The notes below the pieces were generated by a model. That model was not told where the DNA came from and ran no database searches. It was given only the letters and a program-made list of their open reading frames with translations. This document shows positions 20,439 through 30,901 of a stretch of 64,000 nt of DNA, piece by piece; positions within the stretch are counted from its first letter, which is position 1, and each line of letters opens with the position of its first letter. The DNA is from an uncultured candidate division Zixibacteria bacterium (GTDB taxonomy: Bacteria > Zixibacteria > MSB-5A5 > UBA10806 > 4484-95). The position numbers and the translations under genes are program-made. The stretch covers positions 512,001-576,000 of the forward strand of contig CAXXKA010000001.1 in NCBI GenBank assembly GCA_963668625.2, read 5' to 3'.

Positions 20439-21671
20439 TTATTTCTTTTTCGTATCAGCGTCACCGGTAGCATGGCCGTGCATTTTGACCTCGACCTTGT
20501 CAGCATCACCTAAACCGGCATAGTACTCACGCAAAATCTTCAAGACTTCCGCGCGACTGAATTCGGCCGGAACATCGCCGCCCTCTGATAAGGCTTTGCG
20601 AAGAGCAGTGCCGGAGAGGAACAAACGATCCTCTTTCTTGTGCGGGCAGGTTTTCATTGAGGCCATACCGCCGCATTTATAGCACCAGAAAGTCCAGTCG
20701 ATCGGCAGCATCTTGCACTCTAAAGCGCCTTCCCATAGATTATGGTAGATTTCCTGAGCATCGAACGGGCCGTAGTAGTCACCAACACCGGCGTGGTCGC
20801 GGCCGATAATCATGTGGCTACAGCCGAAGTTCTGGCGGAACAGGCCGTGAAGCAGGCCCTCGCGCGGACCGGCATAGCGCATATCCAGGGGATAGCCACC
20901 GGTTACCACACGGTTCTTATCGAAATAATACTCAACCAGGGTATTGATGCAGTTGACGCGAACGTCAGCCGGAATATCGCCGGGTTTGAGTTTGCCGACT
21001 AACTGATGAATGAACAGACCGTCGGAAACCTCTAAAGCGATCTTGGCCAGATACTCGTGCGAACGATGCATCGGGTTACGAAGCTGTAAGGCGGCTATGG
21101 TTTTCCAGCCCTTTTCCTCGAAAATCTTGCGGCTTTCGGCAGGACGCATATAAATGTCGCCGAATTCTTTCGGGAAATAGCTCTCGGAAAGCACTTTCAC
21201 CGGACCAGCAATGTTCCAGGCTTTCTGAGCGTTTACCATCTTGACACCGGGGTGATCTTCATCGGTGGTGGTGTAGACGTGCTTGTTTTCGAAATCTTTG
21301 TCGATCTGGTAAGATTCGGTCACTTTCATCGTGCCCATAATCTCATCGGTCTCACCGGAAATAAGGCAGATCTCGGTACCCGGATCGAGCTTCTCATCAT
21401 GGGAAAGGGTTACGGGAATCGGCCAGAAGACACCGTTGGTCATCTTCATCTCGGCACAAACGCCCTTCCAGTCGTCGTGGCCCATAAAGCCTTCGAGAGG
21501 AGTAAAACCGCCAATACCCATCATGATAAGATCACCGGTTTCACGCGATGACATCACGATTTTAGGAAGCGATGCAGCTTTTTTCAATTCTTCTTCTTTA
21601 GCCTTGCCCTCAAGAAGGAGAATCTTTAACTCATCACTGCCATGCGGCTTAATAAGATTTGATTTAGCCAT
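20439..21671 (-). CDS. sat: Sulfate adenylyltransferase
   Basis: [43 protein letters not shown]. Confidence 0.98.
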   Translation of the reverse strand: MAKSNLIKPHGSDELKILLLEGKAKEEELKKAASLPKIVMSSRETGDLIMMGIGGFTPLEGFMGHDDWKGVCAEMKMTNGVFWPIPVTLSHDEKLDPGTEICLISGETDEIMGTMKVTESYQIDKDFENKHVYTTTDEDHPGVKMVNAQKAWNIAGPVKVLSESYFPKEFGDIYMRPAESRKIFEEKGWKTIAALQLRNPMHRSHEYLAKIALEVSDGLFIHQLVGKLKPGDIPADVRVNCINTLVEYYFDKNRVVTGGYPLDMRYAGPREGLLHGLFRQNFGCSHMIIGRDHAGVGDYYGPFDAQEIYHNLWEGALECKMLPIDWTFWCYKCGGMASMKTCPHKKEDRLFLSGTALRKALSEGGDVPAEFSRAEVLKILREYYAGLGDADKVEVKMHGHATGDADTKKK

Positions 21672-21745
21672 AATTCAGTCCTATTTATTTAAAGTTCAAA
21701 ATTAAGAACATTCTTTTTTCAAAATCTCCTATACAGTTCGGCAAG

Positions 21746-21774
21746 AAAGTAACTTTTTTCACAAGCGGTGTCAA
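21746..21774 (-). promoter_or_regulatory. sat-aprBA sigma70 promoter with overlapping Rex-like site
   Basis: TTGACA-17-TACTTT on the minus strand; TTGTGAAAAAAGTTACTT (21764-21747) overlaps the spacer and -10. Confidence 0.6.
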
Positions 21775-21983
21775 GAAAAAAAGGACATATTATTTAAAAA
21801 ATTTAAAATCAATATTGGAATATTAGTGCGTATTTAGATATTAGATAATAAGTTGAATAGTTTCAAAATGATAAATATATATAGTATGGGGACTATAATA
21901 TACAATAATCCATTACCCAATAATTAAGTAGACTTGCCTAATTTTAGTTATCTTTTGGATTGTTGTTGAGAATACCTTACAGT

Positions 21984-22036
21984 TTGTGAATTAATTAACA
22001 AAATTGCTTGACTTAATGTTACATGCAATATACTAT
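21984..22036 (+). promoter_or_regulatory. Rex-like operator plus sigma70 promoter of qmoC
   Basis: TTGTGAATTAATTAACAA (21984-22001), then TTGACT-17-TACTAT. Confidence 0.65.
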
Positions 22037-22111
22037 TCAACCGATTAAAATTGAGGATAACTACGGTTTGCCGATATTGATGTAAATCGGTTTAAAAACA
22101 AGGGAGTTGTA

Positions 22112-23296
22112 ATGGCAGAAGCACGCGCCATAGCGCCCGATCCCGGGTTCGTAAAAGAGATTAAGAGGCTCGGCGGCAATAGCGTTAAAAAATGCTACCA
22201 GTGTGCGACTTGCTCGGTAGTATGCAATCTCTCGCCGGAAATCACACCTTTCCCGCGAAAAGAAATGATACTGGCTCAATGGGGCCAAATAGATAAACTG
22301 GTGAAAGACCCCGATGTATGGCTGTGCTATCAGTGCAACGACTGCACCACTCATTGCCCGCGAGATGCCCGTCCGGGGGATGTCTTAGCGGCGATTCGTT
22401 CTTATATATATAAGCACTACTCGTTCCCGTCCTTCATGGGCAAAGCTCTGGCAAATCCCAAAGCCCTGCCGATACTGGTGCTTTTACCGGCTATTATACT
22501 TTTTGCCATGATGTCCATGTTTGCCCCGGATGCCAACGGCGATGGTATAAAAGATTTCATGCAAGCCTCCGTTCCGGATTTTAACCTGTTTTTGCCTCAT
22601 AGCTCCGTGGATGCCTTATTCGTGCTCGGCAACATTATCATCTTCCTTTTTGCCGCGATAGGCTTCATCAAGTTCTGGAAAGGGTTACAGATACCGGGGG
22701 CTGATAAAAAGAAAGGATTTATCCCGGCCGCTATAGAGGTGGCGATGGAAATCCTAAAACACGGCAATTTCAGTCAGTGCGAGGCCAACAAAGCCCGCTA
22801 CTGGGGACATATGATGTTGCTCTATGGCTTCATTAGCGCCATGATCACTACCGGCGCGGTATTCGTATTCATATTCATACCGCATTATCTACACCTGCTG
22901 GGCATGGAAAGCCTTCATGCGTTTTTCGAGTTACCCATCGAGATGCCGCATCCGGTCAAGTGGATCGGCGCAATCGGCGGTATGGGCTTGATGATCGGTG
23001 GCGCGATGCTTATCATCCGCAGATGGATGAACAAGGATAACGTAGGCGCCAATGGCTACACCGATTACCTGTTCCTGTATATCATATTTTTAACCGGTGT
23101 GACCGGTATGTTTAGCTGGTTGATTCGTGCCGGCGGTTGGGCGATGGCTGCGTATGTGACCTATTTCATACACATGGTATTCGTATTCATGCTGTTGTGG
23201 TACATGCCGTACTCCAAGTTCGCCCACATGATTTACCGCACCCTGGCCCTGATTTACGCCCGCATGATAGGTCGTCAGGCTAGAGCTAGATTTTAG
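22112..23296 (+). CDS. qmoC: Quinone-interacting membrane-bound oxidoreductase subunit C (HdrC-like FeS + heme b membrane domain)
   Basis: KKCYQCATCSVVC, WLCYQCNDCTTHCPRDARPGD, several TM helices, PYSKFAHMIYRT. Confidence 0.95.
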   Translation: MAEARAIAPDPGFVKEIKRLGGNSVKKCYQCATCSVVCNLSPEITPFPRKEMILAQWGQIDKLVKDPDVWLCYQCNDCTTHCPRDARPGDVLAAIRSYIYKHYSFPSFMGKALANPKALPILVLLPAIILFAMMSMFAPDANGDGIKDFMQASVPDFNLFLPHSSVDALFVLGNIIIFLFAAIGFIKFWKGLQIPGADKKKGFIPAAIEVAMEILKHGNFSQCEANKARYWGHMMLLYGFISAMITTGAVFVFIFIPHYLHLLGMESLHAFFELPIEMPHPVKWIGAIGGMGLMIGGAMLIIRRWMNKDNVGANGYTDYLFLYIIFLTGVTGMFSWLIRAGGWAMAAYVTYFIHMVFVFMLLWYMPYSKFAHMIYRTLALIYARMIGRQARARF

Positions 23297-23321
23297 TTTA
23301 GGCATCTCAGATAGAATTTAC

Positions 23322-23355
23322 AGCCGCCGTGGTGAAAGCCGCGGCGGTTTTTTTT
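23322..23355 (+). terminator. Intrinsic terminator after qmoC
   Basis: GCCGCCGTGG/CCGCGGCGGT stem plus T-tract. Confidence 0.85.
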
Positions 23356-23356
23356 G

Positions 23357-23434
23357 TGGGTGGGGCCGTAGGTCGGTGAGCTGTAGCTCCCGACACGGGG
23401 TGGGGAAGCCCGATTGATGCGAGCAGATCCTCAT
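23357..23434 (+). repeat. GTAG REP plus left half of REP-doublet spacer
   Basis: GTAGGTCGGTGAGCTGTAGCTCCCGAC...; direct repeat of about 25101-25176. Confidence 0.85.
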
Positions 23435-23565
23435 TTGTAACGGTTTTTATTATAAGATATAACACTCTATTTAGTATTGTGCTTGCAATCGTAAAATGAA
23501 TATAGTTAAATATAGGTAATTAGCTATAACTATATCCTTAGTTAAATTCATCAATTTAAAGGGCA

Positions 23566-24387
23566 GTGATTGTGCTAATTAAATTTGTAGATTATGATAG
23601 TATTCCGCAGAGACTATATAATAGACTTAGTGAAGAGATTTTTAATTATTCGATTTCTATACTTGGATTATATGAAAAAGGTAATAAACCCGTGTCTCAA
23701 TTGATAGGTTCAGGTACATTGGTAAAATACAAGCAAATGAAGGGAATATTGACTGCTAAGCATGTCGTCGATTCAGTATTATTTAAAAAATCAGTAGGCA
23801 TTGGATTTGTCTATAAATCCCGAGGACATTGTCCAAGAGTGCTTAAAAGTGATTTAATAATTGAAAGATCTAAAAACAAAAAATGTGATATTGCATTCAT
23901 ACACCTTCCATTAAATCTAATTGGTTGGATTGAAGCAGGAAGAGAATTCTGGAATCTTGAACTAAACTCAGGTAGGGTGTTAAATAATGATTATCTAAAT
24001 GATGGTATATGGATTATTAGTGGTGCTATTGCTGAAAATGTAAAAGAGAAGCAGAGTGAAGGAAGATTTAAAACAAATTATATTATAGAAAATAAAATAT
24101 GGTTGTGTGAGTTTGAAAAAGAAATCCAAAACGAAGGATGCGATAAGATTGATGTCCTGATTGAATTTTTGAAAGTGGGATATCTCCCTGATAGTTTTGG
24201 CGGAACAAGTGGCGGAAGTTTATGGCAGATTCCTATCGATCTTAAGGGGGAGGTTATATTTAAAGTAAAAGATTTTTTATATACAGGGATCCCTTTCTAT
24301 CAAGAATTTGAAAGTGCCAAAAAAGTAAGAATCAAATGTGAAGGAAGAAATAGTATATATAAAAATGCTCTTGAGTTATTAAGTTAA
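23566..24387 (+). CDS. Trypsin-like serine protease domain protein (no signal peptide, AT-rich)
   Basis: Catalytic-triad-like motifs ILTAKHVV, CDIAFIHL and GGTSGGSLW. Confidence 0.65.
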   Translation: MIVLIKFVDYDSIPQRLYNRLSEEIFNYSISILGLYEKGNKPVSQLIGSGTLVKYKQMKGILTAKHVVDSVLFKKSVGIGFVYKSRGHCPRVLKSDLIIERSKNKKCDIAFIHLPLNLIGWIEAGREFWNLELNSGRVLNNDYLNDGIWIISGAIAENVKEKQSEGRFKTNYIIENKIWLCEFEKEIQNEGCDKIDVLIEFLKVGYLPDSFGGTSGGSLWQIPIDLKGEVIFKVKDFLYTGIPFYQEFESAKKVRIKCEGRNSIYKNALELLS

Positions 24388-24469
24388 TTTATCAAATATA
24401 AGAATAAAAGGAATACCGTGGCGTAAGTAAGCAAGCCATATCCCGAAGAGATAGGCGGAGAAGACTGCA

Positions 24470-24528
24470 TGATACAAGCAGATCCCCATCGCCTTGCGGC
24501 TCCTCAGGAGCTACAGCTCCTGAGCTAC
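24470..24528 (-). repeat. Right half of spacer plus inverted GTAG REP
   Basis: Reverse complement begins GTAGCTCAGGAGCTGTAGCTCCTGA; matches about 25158-25215. Confidence 0.85.
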
Positions 24529-24536
24529 TCGCGGCA

Positions 24537-25040
24537 TCATTCTCCGAATTCGCCATCAAGATTGTCGAGTTCTATCGCTCCCCAGTCTCTTGTGTAAACT
24601 CCATCCGCTATGTATTCATGTATTGAGGAATACTGCCAATCACATGGCCGCGATACTAAACCATGTTTGACTGGATTATAATGAATGTAATTAATGTGAT
24701 TATTTAGATCATCCTGGTCTCTAATTATATGATCCCAGAATCGGTTTTGCCACACTCTTCCGCTATTCATGTTCATTTTAACACGATATAACACTCCGAA
24801 ACTCATTTTGATTTTCTGCAAAATCTTTGAGGGATTTTTATTACCGGCCTCAAGAATAATATGAAAATGATCAGGTAAAATAACTCTAGCTAACAAGCTA
24901 AATTGTGATGATTGGAAAGTGTTACTAATAGCTTTGTTTAAAATATCTATATTATCAATAAGGATTGGATTTCTATTATAAGTTACATTCGTGATAAAAC
25001 AAATATCATCTGGTTTAAAATATCGTTTAATCTTGGTCAT
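24537..25040 (-). mobile_element. REP-associated tyrosine transposase (RAYT, IS200-like HUH)
   Basis: VILPDHFH (HUH), VWQNRFWDHIIRD, NYIHYNPVKHGLV, DWQYSS; flanked by REPs. Confidence 0.92.
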
Positions 25041-25100
25041 GTCGAATTATAATTACATAATTATTGGAAAGCAAGCGTAAATAGCAGCATAATAGCAATA

Positions 25101-25217
25101 TGGGTGGGGCGTAGGTCGGCGAGCTGTAGCTCCCGACACGGGGTGGGGAAGCCCGGTTGATACGAGCAGCTCCCATCGCCTTGTGGCTCCTCAGGAGCTA
25201 CAGCTCCTGAGCTGCTC
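25101..25217. repeat. Intact REP doublet (REPIN/BIME-like)
   Basis: GTAG REP at 25111, spacer, then an inverted REP ending at 25215. Confidence 0.85.
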
Positions 25218-25420
25218 AGAGAGAAAACCAAATCGAATTATTGACAAATATCGACCCATAGAGTATCATACCGATGTATTGAATGCCGGTTTTCATGACG
25301 AACTAAAAAGGATGATACTTGTCAAATAAACCACCCGGGATTACTCAGAACATTCATTTCCAGAGATTACTATCTAATAGCATATTTATAATCGAATTTA
25401 ATATTAATTAAGGAGATCAT

Positions 25421-26833
25421 GTGGTTAATCATCATAGTGCCAGAGCAGCGATCATATTAATCTTAGTTATGCTATCCATCACTGTTATTAACGCCGGGCA
25501 ACCCGATATGGAACCTGTCAGTTTAACGCCTCGGATTGGCCAGGAGATCGATTCGAGTGAGCGGGAGTATTACAACCTATTTCCCGATATCGAAAACTTC
25601 ATTAGCGCCTGGTTTTATAAAGTATCCGAAAAGGAATACAAGCTGATTTATACACATCTGGATTATGGGGATCAATCCCGGGGGGAAAGAAAAATCTCTG
25701 ATGAAATTTTCAATCTCACCCGTCACCATATAGAATTAAAAGATAGATATTTTGCTTTAAAACAGCGCGAACCTGGATCGGTTATCACTGAGCCTGAGAT
25801 GATGTTTAAGCTTAGCTTGAAATACGCGGCGCGGACAAAGTATGATATCAGCAATGAGATGCTTAATGATATTGTTAAAGAGTATCCCGAAAGTTCAATT
25901 TCAACTACTGCGGATTCGGTAAATACGATAGTTTCATTACTCCGAAAATCCGATAAAGTCCTGTTTAAGAAAGGCTCTCTTATCGATCAAAGCGGACGTA
26001 CCAGTTTAATCGTATTCAGCGGATACTACGGAATATGGCTGGGAATAGCCGTACCGGCAGCTTTCGACGCGGAAGAGACTGAAGCTTACGCTCTGGGCAT
26101 GTTATTGGGGCCATCGATTTCTGTCTATGCTGCCAGTGGATGGTCAAGGAACTCTAATATCACTAAAAGTAAAGCGAAAATGATTTCCGCCGGCGCGCAT
26201 TTCGGCACATTGCAGGGAATAGGCTGGACTGTATATGGTGATGCGAAATCACACGAGGTCATAGGAACCGGGGTTTTATCCGGGCTGGCCGGTATACTTG
26301 TCGCAAATCATCTTTCTAACAGCGTTGACTATACCGAGGGACAGGCGTCATTGATAGGTTCGAGTTTCGAATGGGGCATGTGGTACGGTGGAGTTTTTGC
26401 GGCAATGGCGGATGTTGATGATGATGAAATCGTTCTGGATATATTAATCGGTTCAGATATCGCCCTCTTAAGCGCCTGTGTTTTTGCGCCAAAAAGCAAC
26501 GCGTCCACCAGCAGGATTCGTCTGATTAATCTGGCAGGCATCGTGGGAGCAGTCGCCGGATTCGGCATCGATATATTAGCAAAAGTTGATGATGACAACA
26601 ATATAATGAGTTTAGCCGGTGCCGGAAGTTTTATCGGTTTACTGACAGGTATAAAATTAACCAGTGATTACGATAATGATAGAAAGTATTCATATAGTAA
26701 CCAGCGGGAAAATATATACGCCGGTCGGGCGGATGAATCATCGACTAAGATTGCGCCAGTATTTTCCTTTAAAAAGTATAATAGAAATTCTGAAAATTAT
26801 ATTCCTTATGTTGGGCTGAAAATAGATTTTTAA
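25421..26833 (+). CDS. Exported/membrane protein with Gly-rich hydrophobic helical repeats
   Basis: Signal peptide, repeated GxxWG/GxxxG helices, C-terminal YVGLKIDF. Confidence 0.7.
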   Translation: MVNHHSARAAIILILVMLSITVINAGQPDMEPVSLTPRIGQEIDSSEREYYNLFPDIENFISAWFYKVSEKEYKLIYTHLDYGDQSRGERKISDEIFNLTRHHIELKDRYFALKQREPGSVITEPEMMFKLSLKYAARTKYDISNEMLNDIVKEYPESSISTTADSVNTIVSLLRKSDKVLFKKGSLIDQSGRTSLIVFSGYYGIWLGIAVPAAFDAEETEAYALGMLLGPSISVYAASGWSRNSNITKSKAKMISAGAHFGTLQGIGWTVYGDAKSHEVIGTGVLSGLAGILVANHLSNSVDYTEGQASLIGSSFEWGMWYGGVFAAMADVDDDEIVLDILIGSDIALLSACVFAPKSNASTSRIRLINLAGIVGAVAGFGIDILAKVDDDNNIMSLAGAGSFIGLLTGIKLTSDYDNDRKYSYSNQRENIYAGRADESSTKIAPVFSFKKYNRNSENYIPYVGLKIDF

Positions 26834-26924
26834 TGGATAAAGCATAGTGAGTATTAAAATGATACTTTTAAGTTGCACTTCCTGACTGCCTAATAAGTAT
26901 TAGTAATTTATAAATATAATATTT

Positions 26925-27179
26925 CACTAGTGTCCGGTGTTTTTCGTTAAATTTTAAATTTCTCCTTGGAATTGTTAATGAAAAATATTTTCCGATATAA
27001 TTATTTTATTCAGCGTATCATTCATCCTGACATATCCTGCCGATGTTAGGCTTGGTTTTCTGGTTTCCAAGCGCTGCTTGGAAACCTTCTTGAATCATGT
27101 AGAATGCGCATTCTGCCGGCAAACAAGCCACGTTGCGAAGCAGCGCTTCGCAACGAGATGAAAAGACCGGACACTAGTG
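26925..27179 (+). mobile_element. 255-bp MITE copy 4 (subtype B)
   Basis: Perfect TIRs; TSD ATAATATTT. Confidence 0.95.
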
Positions 27180-27358
27180 ATAATATTTGATAATTATCTA
27201 AATATAGAAATTGTTAATTTTATAGCTATTACTAGGAGGAGTAGAAAAATAATACAGTATCTTACTATGGACAGAATATTATTCTTAGCTGAAATATAAG
27301 GATATCGGCTCCTAAGATTGTATTTAGCAATAAATTACCAACCACAAAAGGAGCCGAT

Positions 27359-28222
27359 GTGAAGAAAGTACTACGAATCAAAAAAAGCAAGGTCAGAAAA
27401 GCGAAAAGAAAGAGGTCACGGATTTGACTGAATATGGCGGTCTGGATATTGATATGAAGGCGGCCTTGGTCAGTGAATTGATACCTCTGGGTTTGATGCA
27501 TGTCAACGAGCTTTTGAAGGATGAGGTGAGGCGGTTGGCCAGTGAACGTTATCAGCGGGATGGTTTAGCCGGTCATGATCTCTGGAGCAGCCTGAGCTAT
27601 GACCGTGGTTTGCTGATGATAATCGATGGCTCCAAGGGTTTTCGCAAGGCAATCAAAGAGGTTTTCGGTCGGTACGGTGTTGTGCAGCGATGTCAATGGC
27701 ATAAGCGAGAGAACATCGTCAGCTACCTGCCGAAAAAGCTTCAGACCAAATATCGTCAGAAACTTCAGGCGGCCTATGAACTTGATGATTATAAGAAAGC
27801 CAGGGCGGCGCTTCTGTCGATAAAAAGAGAGCTTCGCCTGCTAAACGAATCGGCGGTGTCTAGTCTGGAGGAAGGTTTTGAGGAATCGCTGAGCGTTCAA
27901 CGTCTGGGTTTGTCGAGGGAACTGCGTCGAAGTTTGAAAACCTCGAATATCATCGAATCGATCTTATCGCAGGTCGCCTCTAAAATGAATAAGGTTGATT
28001 ACTGGAAGAACTCCAATCAGAAACATCCCTGGATAGCCAGTGCCTTGTTGGCGATCGAGCCTAAGCTCAACAGGATAAGCGGGTATCGTCAACTGAAGAC
28101 TTTACGGACAGCTTTACAAATGATAATTCCTAAAACCGGTAGAAAGGAGATAATAGCTGCCTGAGCAGAAAAGGGAGCCGATATCAAATAAATCAAATTT
28201 CAACTAACTTTGGGATTGACTC
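27359..28222 (+). pseudogene. IS256-family transposase remnant with probable right inverted repeat
   Basis: IIDGSKG, VQRCQWHKRENI, LKTSNIIES motifs; 5' frameshift and a large internal deletion; IR-like TCAACTAACTTTGGGATTGACTC at 28200-28222; left IR not found. Confidence 0.85.
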
Positions 28223-28431
28223 ATTTATGTAATTAAAATATAATAAGCGCCTAAGTGGTATAAGGCGATAAATGATGCATAATACAGCCGCTTTAATAGT
28301 AAAAGCTACTCTGTTGTAGAAACGGTCTTTACCACAAAATCTGAAATATTATAAAGAAACCTGTTTTAGTTAGGGTAAAAGTGCATTCGGTTTATTATCG
28401 GAAGCTCTAAAATTAATTATAAGGTAGTATT

Positions 28432-29937
28432 ATGTTTAAAAAAACATCTTTTATTGATTACAATTCAAATCCTTTCAAATTAGTCGTTAATATTTTAGTA
28501 ATAGCCTGTTTCGTTGTTGTATTGACAAAAATAATTTATTCTCTAATATTTCATACTAGTTTTTTTTTCGTCTCTGCGGCTTGGGTTGGCCTTGCCATGG
28601 ATCTGAAAGATGGCGTATTTTATAGACCGCTTTTTTCAGAATCTACTGGTTTTGGTGGTACTCGCTTTTTCCCATTATATTTTTCTATCCATGCGTTATT
28701 AATGAAATTGATGGGAACACCTATTATATCAGGCTATATTATCAGTATTATCTCTGAAATCATTCTATTCGGTGCCTGCTATAAGTTATTGCGAAAATAT
28801 AAAATTGAATTGAGTATAATTCTATGGTTACTAGTTTTATTGCTTTCGACTATAAGTATTCAAATTGGTTTTAGTGCAGTCCGTGCGGATATACTGCCGC
28901 TTGCTTTGAATATATTAGGGATATTCATATTTATATCTGACTGCAATACTAAATATAAAAGAATATTAGTATCATTCCTATTCATACTTGCATTTTCAGC
29001 TAAAATAACAGCTGTTTCAGGTTTGGTATCTGTTTTTATATGGCTATTTTTAAATAAAAATATGAAAGAAGGTGTCAAAATCTTAGCTTTAACATCTATT
29101 GGTTATATAATAGTAATAGGAATTATGTATTTGGGATCCTCAGGAAGGGTAATTGATATATTTGCATCTTGTGCATCCGGCAATATAGATATATTATCTA
29201 TTATCAATGGACCAATAAGGTTGGCTAAAAGAATTATTAGATATGATTTAGAGTGCGTAATGTTATCGTTTTGGGCGTTGTTTATAATATATAAGTATAA
29301 AAGGAATCTTACTAATAATTTATTTTTTATTTTCTGGATTACTTCAATAATTATCACTTTTTTCATATTTTTATCTCCCGGAACCGAAACTAATCATCTT
29401 GTAGATATCTCAACAGCATCGATACTGCTAATAGGCTCTGTGATATTCAATAGTAATTTTGTTAGGAGAAAGCTTTTTACGTATATGTACGCAATAATAA
29501 TTTCATTTGCTGTAATATATAATATTTTTTTATTAGTGAAATTAATAGATGGAAGTTCAAATTTGAATGTACGTTACCCTGAAGAAATCGTAGATATTTG
29601 CAGAGTGAATGATGGAATAATATTATCAGAAGATCCAACGATTCCAGTGTTAGCAAATAAAAAACCGTATATACTGGATTCCTTTATGCTTCGTATATTA
29701 GTCAACGAGAAAGAGGATATCAAAAAGTCGCTTATAAATGGCGTGATTGAAAGAAAATATTCAGTAATCATTTTTGAAAAAGACCCACTTATTAGTACCG
29801 ATAGGGATATTTATCTGCATTATGGAGAGGAATTTATCGAGGCAGTGATATCAAACTACACTGAGGGGATCAGGAAAGGCAAACGTGTTGTATATTTTCC
29901 TGACTATTCTGATTCGAACATATTTAAAAATGAATAA
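28432..29937 (+). CDS. Multi-pass membrane protein, GT-C (ArnT/PMT-like) glycosyltransferase candidate
   Basis: About 11 TM segments; FFPLYF, VRADIL and FSAKIT motifs; very AT-rich. Confidence 0.55.
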   Translation: MFKKTSFIDYNSNPFKLVVNILVIACFVVVLTKIIYSLIFHTSFFFVSAAWVGLAMDLKDGVFYRPLFSESTGFGGTRFFPLYFSIHALLMKLMGTPIISGYIISIISEIILFGACYKLLRKYKIELSIILWLLVLLLSTISIQIGFSAVRADILPLALNILGIFIFISDCNTKYKRILVSFLFILAFSAKITAVSGLVSVFIWLFLNKNMKEGVKILALTSIGYIIVIGIMYLGSSGRVIDIFASCASGNIDILSIINGPIRLAKRIIRYDLECVMLSFWALFIIYKYKRNLTNNLFFIFWITSIIITFFIFLSPGTETNHLVDISTASILLIGSVIFNSNFVRRKLFTYMYAIIISFAVIYNIFLLVKLIDGSSNLNVRYPEEIVDICRVNDGIILSEDPTIPVLANKKPYILDSFMLRILVNEKEDIKKSLINGVIERKYSVIIFEKDPLISTDRDIYLHYGEEFIEAVISNYTEGIRKGKRVVYFPDYSDSNIFKNE

Positions 29938-30033
29938 ATAATTGGAGAAACGCCTTAGTAAATCTTGATACCAGAAGGATGTTTGTGGATTAAGCCGCAA
30001 AGGGGCGAAAAACGGCCTGCTTGAGGCAAACGT

Positions 30034-30062
30034 TCCTCAGGAGCCCCGGCTCTTAGCCACTC
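30034..30062 (-). repeat. Degenerate REP of the RAYT-associated family
   Basis: TCCTCAGGAGCCCCGGCTCTTAGCCACTC resembles 24501-24530. Confidence 0.45.
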
Positions 30063-30115
30063 GATATCAAAAATTATATTTGTTTTTTGGTGTAAATAAT
30101 GAAATTATAAGACTC

Positions 30116-30463
30116 ATGAACTCTCAAACCTTCATCGGTTGCTGCGGCGCATACTGCAAAACCTGCAAGGCTTTTACTGATGGCTCATGCAAAGGATGCA
30201 AATTTGGCTATGAATCAGGGAAGAGGGATATCGATAAAGCCAGATGCAAAATCAAACTCTGCTGCTTCCGCGATAACGGCTTTCAAACATGTGCCGATTG
30301 TAATAAGCTGGAAGCGTGTGAAATAATCAACAACTGGTATTCCAAGAAAGCGTATAAGTACAAAAAATATCAACAGGCAATCGAATACATTCGTGAGTAT
30401 GGCTATGCGAAGTTTATAACGATTGCCGATAGTTGGAGTAATGCTTACGGTAAGTATGAATAA
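30116..30463 (+). CDS. DUF3795-like cysteine-rich protein
   Basis: GCCGAYCKTC...CKGC...CKIKLCC...CADC...C. Confidence 0.75.
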   Translation: MNSQTFIGCCGAYCKTCKAFTDGSCKGCKFGYESGKRDIDKARCKIKLCCFRDNGFQTCADCNKLEACEIINNWYSKKAYKYKKYQQAIEYIREYGYAKFITIADSWSNAYGKYE

Positions 30464-30481
30464 TGAGTTTTTAAGTATTAT

Positions 30482-30734
30482 CACTGCTGTCCGGCCTTTC
30501 CATCTCGTTGCGAAGCGCTGATTCGCAACGTGGCTTGTTTGCCGGCAGAATGCGCATTCTACATGACTCAAGAAAGTTTCCAGGCAGTGCTTGGAAACCA
30601 GGGCACTAAGCCTAGTATCGGCAGGACATGTCAGGATGCTGATACGCTGAATATGATAATTATATCGGTAAATGTCTTTCACTAACAATTCCAAAGAGAA
30701 ATATAAAATTTACCGAAAAAACCGGACACTAGTG
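30482..30734 (-). mobile_element. 253-bp diverged MITE copy 5
   Basis: TIRs CACTGCTGTCCGG / CCGGACACTAGTG; imperfect TSD AAGTATTAT / AAATATTAC. Confidence 0.9.
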
Positions 30735-30901
30735 AAATATTACGGTATTATATGGCTTTATACAATTTAATCCTTGCAACTCTCCCCGTATTTACCCGTA
30801 CAATAAATTCAACGAGCTTAATTCGCTTTTAAATGGTTAAGTACGTATAAAATCATTAAGCCATCAACACAATAACCAACTCAAACCAGAAGGAGCCATA
30901 A

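Noticed and set aside
17989-21705. Long plus-strand ORFs opposite sat/aprBA (similar ones lie opposite qmoAB and at 8305-9090)
   Set aside because: Antisense shadows caused by codon bias of well-supported genes
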